Shown here: one piece after another, positions 54,290 through 64,000 of the stretch
Position numbering within the stretch: the stretch's first letter is position 1
Layout of the letters: every line of letters begins with the position of its first letter
Assembly: GCA_951406725.2 (NCBI GenBank)
Contig: OX597817.1
Coordinates: 152,582,001 to 152,646,000 of the forward strand
DNA: 64,000 bases
Direction of reading: 5' to 3'
DNA from: Octopus vulgaris
Lineage: Eukaryota
Notes under the pieces: generated by a model
Database searches by the model: none
The model's input: only the letters and a program-made list of their open reading frames with translations
What the model was told of the DNA's origin: nothing
Translations under genes and position numbers: made by a program

Positions 54290-55760
54290 ATAATTTCTTG
54301 GCCGATAGAATGCAGCTGTCATCTGCGAATGAGGTTGTTAGTCGGCAAAATACGTGTGGTGTCCCCTGTAAAACCGTAAAGGTCCCTATTCTTTTAATCG
54401 TTTGTCTTTTGTATGAATCAACAGGAATATCAGGCTTATCAAAATAAAGTAATATTCTTTGATCAGAATCTGCGAAAATGAAACAAATACACAAATCGAA
54501 GCCTACGAACCCATACTTCAATACCATTGAAGCTGTTATCGGATGGCTTGGCAAGAACAATACGAAGCTAAATGAGAATAAATTCGAACGACTCCAGTTT
54601 GGTAAGGGAGATAGTATAAGACAAACCAATTTACTTTCTTCCATTTGGCAAACCCTGAGGCCATCAAACAACATCCAGGAGTCATTATTGATAGAAAATT
54701 AGATTTAAATGTATTCTTTATTAGTCAAAATATTCCATTCAAGAGAATGTAATATAATTTATTTGTACTCTGCCTTTGTCCGAAAACTTCTAGAACAGTG
54801 CTGTCCATTATGGACATTATACATCAAAAGGAAACGAGCATAATGAAAATCGAAGCTCTGCAGAGATCGATCATAGTGAAAAATAAAAGGCCTGGACAGT
54901 TTGAAATGTTTCGGGGTCACTTAAAGACATTTATATTTTCAATGTATTTGGGAATAGTTTGTAAATTTTCCCAGTGCGCAAAATATAAAACAGTTATTTT
55001 AACGACATAAAAGTACAGTTAAAAAAAAAAACAAACGAATAAAATAAACAAAACAAAACAAAATCAAACATCCAAGAGCAAAATTTTGCATCGCTAAAGC
55101 TCTGGCAAAATAAAACCTCAAAAGTAATCTCTGTGCCTTTATCCATTCTGCTGTCTCCGCCACTCACCTTCCTCTCCTGGGATATTAGAAATAACTTCCA
55201 GTTATTCTGCTTAAAGGTTAACCCCACCCCCGCCCACTTCTTCAAATACATCTACTGCCTCTAATACTGCCTGAAATTCACAAGCGACCAACAGCGTTTT
55301 AACCATATCTTTTCCAGTATCACTGATATGTATTTAGAATTACTCCGTTCTGAAGACATCGTCCACGGTGACTTCAAAGTTTATACCTCTCATTGGCTTT
55401 TGTACTTGTTCCACATCAATGCTGCAGAAATAACCTTTTGCAATCCTTAACTCTCAACAACAATTAGTTCCATCTCCGTGCATCGCTGATCGACGTATAG
55501 GAATTTCTTTCCCGCGTCCAAACCAGCCTCTGCCAAAATCATCAGCCGTCTTTGCACCTATTACTTGTACGACCACTTTAGCATGATTACCTACAACACA
55601 TTCACATACACTGCAGCGCTCACTACCTCCTGAACCCTGTAGCAGTATAGCAGCTGACTGGCTTTCGTCAAGTCAACGCTAACTAACCCTTGATAGTATA
55701 CATGCGAAAGCTTTGGTAATCGGAGACAGCTAAGCAGGTGATGAATGCCATCCGCTTAAG
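54290..55760 (+). mobile_element. Old CR1/L2-like LINE ORF2 fragments
   Basis: GVPCKTVKVPIL (cf. GVPQGxVLGP), WLGKNNTKLNENKFE, KIEALQR, and IVHGDFKV (cf. endonuclease GDFN); highly degenerate. Confidence 0.45.
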
Positions 55761-56002
55761 CATGTCAATCTAGATCTCGCATAGAGCTAAAATATAAATC
55801 CGAATCCTCCAAAGGGTTCATTTATAGTTGTATTGCAGCAGCGCAAGCAAAGAACACGGCCTAGAACACATTAAAAATGCCCCTCCCCAGCAAACAAAAT
55901 GGTTTCTACCTACTTACCTTTGTTGCGGAGAAACACCCGCAACATTTACTGTTCATTTGGTACTAATCTCGTACTTTTTAAAAATCCTTTTGATTAAGAG
56001 GG

Positions 56003-56330
56003 GTGGAAGTGCGTGACTTAGTGGTTAGGGATAGTCAACTCACGATCTTATGGTCGTGAGTTCGATTCCTGGTGACATGTGGTGTCCTTGAGCAAGACAT
56101 TTTATTTCGTGTTACTCCAGTTCACTGAACCGGCAAAAATGAGTTGTACCTGTAATTCAGAAGACCAACCTTGTCACATTCTGTGTTACCCTAAATTTCC
56201 CTGAGAGCTACGTTAAGGGTATACGTGTTTGTGGAGTGCTCTGCCACTTACACGTTAATTTCGCGAGCATGCTGTTCCGTGGATTGGATCAACTGGAACC
56301 CTTGTCGTCGTACCCGACGGAGGTCCAGTT
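56003..56330 (+). mobile_element. SINE family B copy
   Basis: Homology to 53047-53380. Confidence 0.85.
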
Positions 56331-56907
56331 AAGAGGAAAGGTAGTGTCAATGACCCCTTATAGAGAATCTGAGACTGGTCAGAGGGAAGGCAAAGTATAA
56401 ATCTTGTTCTAATGTTTGCAATAGAGTAGACTCCATTAAAGTTACCCACGGTAACAGGTGGCGGTGTTACATCGGTCGATCAATTAAGTCTACCAACCAC
56501 ATTGAACATGGCGGGATTTGAACTCACAACGCAAAAAAAAACCCCCACTAAAATTCTGGAATAACTATCGCATCTGGTTCGGCGTCCAAACAAATCCGAC
56601 AACACCGCCTTTGATGGGTACTTTTATATCGCCCTCGAAAGGATGAAAGTCAAAACTGACCCAGGTAGGATTTGAATTCAGAGAGCAGAGACTAAGAACA
56701 ATTACTCCGAAGCATTCTGTTCGACACTCTAACAACTCTGTCGCTGCTTGCATAGACCAAGTAGAACTGTAAAATTTTCTTGCTCCACTCAACAAAGTTT
56801 ACAACCACATAAAAATATACGCATTGACTCCATCTCCTTCGTTGATCATCTACTGGAGGCTTGTTTTCTTCTCACCAGTGGGCTCTTCTCTGTCTCTCTT
56901 CACGGAC

Positions 56908-57100
56908 ACTCTTTTACTTGTTTCAGTCATTTGACTGTGACCATGCTGGAGCACCGCCTTTAGTTGAGCAAATCGACCCCAGGACTTATTCTTTGTAAGC
57001 CTAGTACTTATTCTATCGGTCTCTTTTGTCGAACCGCTAAGTTACGGGGACGTAAACACACCAGCATCGGTTGTCAAGCGATGTTAGGGGACAAACACAG

Positions 57101-57191
<91 letters not shown>

Positions 57192-57353
57192 TACGACGGG
57201 CTTCTTTCAGTTTCAGTCTACCAAATCCACTCACAAGGCTTGGTTGGCTCGAGGCTATAGTAGAAGACACTTGCCCAAAGTGCCACGCAGTGGGACTGAA
57301 CTCGGAACCATGGGTTCGTAAGCAAGCTACTTACCTCACAGCCACTTCTACGC
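56908..57353 (-). mobile_element. SINE family A copy
   Basis: Reverse-complement homology to 1248-1640. Confidence 0.9.
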
Positions 57354-58228
57354 AATCACACACGTAGGGACACAAACAAACCAACAGCAGTTGTCAAGTA
57401 GTTGTGGGAGACAAACACAACTCACACACGCACACACGCACACACGCACACACACACATACACACAATTATGTATACCATGTTTCTTCTCCGCCTCCTTC
57501 TCCCTTTCCTTCTCATTCTCCTCCTCCTCCTTCTCCTCTTCATCCCCCTCTTCTCCTCCTCTTTCTCTCCCCATCCCCTTTTTCGAGTTTACTTACAACA
57601 GCTATAGTGGAACAAAACAGTTGATGTGTATACAAGATATCGGAATAGCATGTTTAACCAGTTGGTTAAACACGGTCTCTCATTATTAACGTGCGAATGA
57701 TTGTTTCAGCAAAACTCCTCTAAGAGAGGGAGAGGAATATCTCACATACGACAATCACAGTGAGATAAGTGAAAGTGACCGATAAATCAAGAAAAGTGAA
57801 TATAAAATATAAAACAAAGCGAGGTGAGATATGGTTAAATAAAACAAATATCAGTACGAGGTGATATGAAATCGGTTGCAGAATGCAAATCGTTTGGCGG
57901 GTGGGGTACATATGTATAGGAGATACATGTGAGAGAGGAATGGCTTAGAGACTATATACTTTTGATTGGGTGTTTATTAAAAATTAGTAAAGTGGCAGTA
58001 ATTAAATAAATTATTGATCGAAAAGATGATTAAATAATAAATCACTAAACGTATAAATTTAACAATAAATAATTTAAACGAAATAATCGATAGTCGAGCA
58101 AATGCTTAGTTGCATTATTAAATTATTGGCTAATGATTAATAATCGATCGATAAACAAAACAGGGGTAAAGTAGGACATATCAAGACAATACATAACAAA
58201 ATAGTAAATATATGATATGGATATATTA

Positions 58229-58641
58229 TAGTGATCCCTCGTTTATCGCGGTAGATTGGTTCCGAGACCGGCCACGATAACTGAATTTCCGCGAAGTAGG
58301 GACACCATATTTACAGTATTTATCTAACGTGTATTTGGACTTTTAAAACCCTCCCTGTACTGTTAACAGCTCACCCATTACAGTAGTCTGATAATAACAA
58401 GGACAACTGTTAAGCAATAACACTTTAGATTAAAAAAAATAAAGATTGTTACTGTTACACAGGCCAGATTACAAAATAGAAAACTGTGATTCGTCGTCTC
58501 TGTCCATTGCACCAATCACAGCCCGTCTTAAGTTTAGATACCCCTGCCTTTTTGCCCTTTTACGCTTGTTTTGTTGTTTCTAGACTAAGAAATAATATTT
58601 ATTATTAATATTTTAATGGATTTAATGAAAAATATTAGGCG

Positions 58642-58720
<79 letters not shown>

Positions 58721-58783
58721 TCCACGAGGTCGTGAGGTCGTGAATGCGCGATAGTTGAACCGCGAAGTAGCGAGGGATCACTG
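58229..58783. mobile_element. pogo/Tigger-like MITE
   Basis: TIRs (t)agtgatccctcgtttatcgcgg / ccgcgaagtagcgagggatcactg with TA flanks. Confidence 0.85.
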
Positions 58784-58969
58784 TATATCAAGTGAACACG
58801 CGTTAGAGGTGGATGTGATTAGTGAGTATCCGGAAGACAAGAGGAAGATATACTGTGTTACATGATGTTACATGATGTGGCATGATGTTACATGATGTTA
58901 CAAATTTTCATTGCAGTAGCATTCAGGATTCATATTTTATAAAATTTTATTTTATTATTTTTATATTTT

Positions 58970-59231
58970 TTTTACTTGTTCCACCACATTGAAGGTTTTA
59001 GACGAATGAATCGAATCCGGTTCTTATTTTTGAAGTCTGGTACTTATACCATTGGTCGCTTTTGTAGAACCGCTAAATTACGAGGACATAAACAAACCAA
59101 CAGCAGATGTCAAACGGTGGTGGGGGACAGACACAACACAGATACAGACATACACATACATACACACACACATATACATTACATACATACATGCATGCAA
59201 GCATGCATACATACATACATACATACATACA

Positions 59232-59265
<34 letters not shown>

Positions 59266-59472
59266 CATACATACATACATACATAAATATGCAATGGGTT
59301 TTCTCACAGTTTCCGTCTACCAAATTTTCTTAAAAGGCATTAGTCGGCCCGGGGATATAGCGGAAAATACTTGCCCATGGTACAGTATGGTGCAGTGCAG
59401 TACAGTGGAACAGAATTCGGAAGCACATGGTTGTAAAGTGAACTTTTTAATCACACAGCCATGCTTATGCCT
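58970..59472 (-). mobile_element. Degenerate SINE family A copy
   Basis: Reverse-complement homology with internal (CATA)n. Confidence 0.75.
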
Positions 59473-60087
59473 ATACTCATAGTTAAAGCGCAAAGCACAA
59501 ACAAAAATGTTGATCAACGCAGAAAATTGGTTGCTTCGGTGAAGTCGCTTGAACGGACTCATCACCATATTTGCGAAGTGCAACGATACAATCCTACAAT
59601 AAGGGCTTAAAAGCTTCACTGGTAAGCACCAGCATATTTAGATTCAATAATGCATGGTTTTTTGAACCAATCCAGTATGCTAAACGAGTATGTGGCCAAT
59701 GAAATTTAAAGTTATGTATGAAGTTCAGTCTACAAATCCTCAACTTTGATTCTATATTACATAATATTTTGGGCATTAACTCTGTATCATGCAACACAAT
59801 GTAACACCATATATTTTCATGTCAAAGGCCCGACTACTCACTGATAATCTCAGCCTCCTCAAGTTCCATTTGTTTATCTCCAGTCGTTTTCCCAACTTTA
59901 TCGTGTGTTGTCTTCACATATCCATCACCTTCCCCGTATCATTTATTAATCAATAATTAATCAATTATTAAGCATTAACCAATATGTAATTATGCAACTA
60001 ACCATTTACTCAACAATCGATCTATTTACTTAATCTATTTCTTAACTTATTTATTTATTCATTTATCCATTTAGTTATTTAACTGTG

Positions 60088-60177
60088 TATTTAATCATAA
60101 ATTAATCTTTTATTTATTTAATCATAAATTAATCTTTTATTTATTTAATCATACATTAATCTTTTATTTATTTAATC
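60088..60177. repeat. 27-bp tandem repeat x3
   Basis: aatc registers at 60093, 60120, 60147, 60174. Confidence 0.9.
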
Positions 60178-60551
60178 CTCATATTATTCAGTTTCTCGTT
60201 TTGATAATATCTCTTAAACATACATATACACACACACATATAACTATCAAGCTTCTAAGATATTTTCCCTCTCGCAAGTAATTCTCAAATAGGTATCTCA
60301 AACACTTAATATTATTCAGCCACATCTCACATTCACATTATCATATTATCTTATTTTACCTCGTCTTATCCTCAAGTATTCAACATTTCATAATTATTTA
60401 GATAATTTATTGACCACTTCCTCTTATCTATTGTTGATTCTGATCTGAAAGTTAGCAATTCTTCTCTGAGGATTTTGATGAATTACAGAAAAATATTTCA
60501 CACTTCAATGATGCATTTAAACACTGAGATGCATATGTTCTGCAGTCCTGT

Positions 60552-61335
60552 ATACATACATACATACATACATACATACATACATACATACATACATACA
60601 TACATACATACATACATTGATACATGCATTCATACATACATACATACATACATACATACATACATACATACATACATACATACATGCATGCATGCATGCA
60701 TACATACATACATACATGCATGCATGCATACATACATACATACATACATGCATACATACATACATACATACATACATGCATTCATACATACATACATACA
60801 TACATACATACATGCATGCATGCATGCATGCATACATACATACATACATACATACATACATACATACATGCATACATACATACATACATACATACATACA
60901 TGCATTCATACATACATACATACATACATACATACATACATACATACATACATGCATGCATGCATGCATGCATACATACATACATACATGCATGCATACA
61001 TACATACATGCATGCATACATACATACATGCATACATACATACATACATACATACATACATACATACATGCATGCATGCATACATACATACATACATACA
61101 TACATACGTGCATGCATGCATGCATACATACATACATGCATTCATACATACATACATGCATTCATACATATATACATACATACATACATACATACATACA
61201 TGCATGCATGCATACATACATACATACATGCATGCATACATATATACATGCATTCATACATACATGCATTCATACATACATACATACATATATACATACA
61301 TACATACATACATACATACATACATACATACATGC
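60552..61335. repeat. ~780-bp (CATA)n/(CATG)n compound microsatellite
   Basis: Directly visible; source of the spurious 200-300 aa ORFs. Confidence 0.97.
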
Positions 61336-61380
61336 TTACACATACACACAAACACACAGACACACACACACATATTTATA

Positions 61381-61583
61381 GGGGCAGGCATGGCTGTGTG
61401 GTAAGAAGCTTGCTTCCCAACCACATGGTTCCCAGTTCAGTCCAATTGCGTTGCACCTTGGATGAGTGTCTTTTTCTATAGCCTCGGGCCGACCAAAGCC
61501 TTGTGAGTGGATTTGGTGGACGGAAACTGGAAGAAGCCCGTCGTGTGTATGTGTGTGTGCGCGCGTGATTGCGTGTATGTGTG

Positions 61584-61620
<37 letters not shown>

Positions 61621-61801
61621 GTTTGTGTGTTTGTGTTTCTCACCCCACCGATGTCCCAGTAACTTAGCAGTTTGGCAAAAGAGCCCGATAGAATAAATAC
61701 TAGGCTTACAAAGAATACGTCGTAGGGTCGATTTGTTCAACTGCAGGTGGTGCTCCAACATGGCTGCAATCAAATGACTGAAACACGTAAAAGAATAAAA
61801 G

Positions 61802-61803
<2 letters not shown>
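61381..61803 (+). mobile_element. SINE family A copy
   Basis: Homology to 1248-1640. Confidence 0.88.
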
Positions 61804-61877
<74 letters not shown>

Positions 61878-62181
61878 AAATCGAAGGCGCTTTCCGAGCT
61901 ATAGGCTTATAAAGCCGGTTTCACGGGTTCCGTGACGCATATAAATATCCCAGCTGGACGAGACGATGGTCTGTCGAAGAAGTACTCATTTTTGCCAGCT
62001 GAATGAACTAGAACGACGTGAAATGAAGTGTTTTGCTCAAGAGTACAATGAATCGTCCGGTGCTGGATTCGAAACCGTATTCTCACGATCATGAGTGCAA
62101 CGCCCTAACCACTAAGCCACGCGCCTCCACGTATATGTACAAACACACACATATACAAAAAGTACACCTACATTATCTCTC

Positions 62182-62221
<40 letters not shown>

Positions 62222-62251
62222 TACATTCATGCATAAATACACACACGCACT

Positions 62252-62282
<31 letters not shown>

Positions 62283-62407
62283 ACACGCACATATATAATG
62301 TACAGTATATGAGAATGGGTTTTCATGTTGATGTGCCAATACCTAAAAGAATTTATGTCTGCGTTTGTTTGTTGGTGTGTGTATGTGTGTGTATGTGAGT
62401 GTGTGCT

Positions 62408-62438
<31 letters not shown>

Positions 62439-62598
62439 GTGTGTGTGTGTGTAAGTGTGTGTGTGTTCATGTCTGTATGCGTATGCTGTATACACAGAAT
62501 GCAACGAAAACGTGTTGTTTTTCGATTTTCTGCTAGTCTCCTATCGACCTCTTTAGCTATCGACTTCTCAAGCCTTGATATGTATACTCTTATACGCC

Positions 62599-62671
<73 letters not shown>

Positions 62672-62711
62672 CTGCGTCAATGAATTCAGAACGTTTTTGC
62701 GAGGATGCAAT

Positions 62712-62766
<55 letters not shown>

Positions 62767-62777
62767 CTTACACAAAC

Positions 62778-62836
<59 letters not shown>

Positions 62837-63029
62837 TGTTTGTGTGTGCATACGCTGTCACGGAAACGCTTGCATATACAAACACACACATATATGTATG
62901 TACATGAGTGCCAATGCATTATACAAATATTCATATCTCTCTCTATATAATATACATATATACCGGAGTAAACACATAAATGTGAAACAAGGTGGGAAAA
63001 AGAGTACTCAAATACCAGTGGTAGAGTAA

Positions 63030-63127
63030 TATGCTTTATTTAAAGCAGCAGAAAATTCAACAAAACCTGTTACTCTGAGTTTCACGTTGCCGTTCGTTGA
63101 ATTTTCTGCTGCTTTAAATAAAGCATA
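63030..63127. repeat. Perfect 32-bp inverted repeat enclosing a truncated hammerhead motif
   Basis: tatgctttatttaaagcagcagaaaattcaac (63030-63061) / gttgaattttctgctgctttaaataaagcata (63096-63127). Confidence 0.9.
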
Positions 63128-63158
63128 ATGTACATATATATGCATATGCACATATACT

Positions 63159-63224
<66 letters not shown>

Positions 63225-63314
63225 GTAATGCATGTGCAGACATATATATGCTCATATGTATTGCTATGTATTAGTATATACATACATACTTTCATACATA
63301 CATACATACATACA

Positions 63315-63348
<34 letters not shown>

Positions 63349-63358
63349 GATACACACA

Positions 63359-63411
<53 letters not shown>

Positions 63412-63514
63412 TCAACAGGTGGTACCCCCCGAGATTCTCAGTGCAGAAAATACTTTGCGTTGAAATGATTCGAACTCCGATATCTTTATGAGGGACCAAT
63501 TCCGTATAATTTCT

Positions 63515-63564
<50 letters not shown>

Positions 63565-63760
63565 CACACATACACACGAATGTGTGCATGCTTGTATATG
63601 AGCGTGTGTGTATATACATTTATATGCATGCATAAAATAAAGGCACGCACACGCATAATAGATTTTGCTATTTCCATTGTACAGCATGAATAAATTAAAC
63701 ACTTCTGTATCAATGGTACACAGATTCTATTGGGCGAGCGTGCAAGCGTGCATATCTGTG

Positions 63761-63791
<31 letters not shown>

Positions 63792-64000
63792 TTGTGTGTG
63801 CGTTTTGTGTGTGCGTTTTGGTGTTTTGCCGGTGTTTGTTTTGTGTGTATTTATGTATATATATATATATATATCGTTTTTGGATTTGGTTTGCAAGATT
63901 CATTATGTGAGTTCGTGTGTCGAAACATATTCTGTTGTGTCTGGGGGAGTCATTTTCTATCTTTTACTCACCGGTAAAATTTCCTCTTATTTCTTATTTT

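Noticed and set aside
60452-61481. ORFs of 200-309 aa (HTYI/MYVC repeats), and similar ORFs at 17.8-18.4, 21-25, 30, 32, 57 and 62-64 kb
   Set aside because: Translations of stop-free simple repeats; no protein signal

Overview
AT-rich, microsatellite- and transposon-dense animal genomic DNA; the SINE families and the calmodulin sequence point to a coleoid cephalopod, most likely Octopus (inference). The only intact protein-coding gene is a minus-strand calmodulin: exons 13621-13623 (ATG), 13423-13453, 12780-12923, 12382-12624 and 12230-12258 splice at GT-AG junctions into a 450-nt CDS for a 149-aa invertebrate-type CaM. Notable points at this locus: a second ATG-only first exon 5.7 kb upstream (19369-19371), giving the same protein from a different promoter; a last intron that is in frame and stop-free; a probably multi-kb 3'UTR with tandem poly(A) signals; and a ~20 kb zone almost free of intact SINEs. 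The rest is transposon debris: tRNA-derived SINEs with swapped modules, non-autonomous Helitrons, MITEs, mariner, maT (DD37D), hAT, Merlin, RTE/CR1 LINE remnants, and a Neptune-type Penelope element. Several Penelope-type remnants carry minimal hammerhead-ribozyme motifs with core variants and fold-back hairpins inside (TA)n tracts. Nearly all entries in the ORF track are microsatellite or repeat artefacts.
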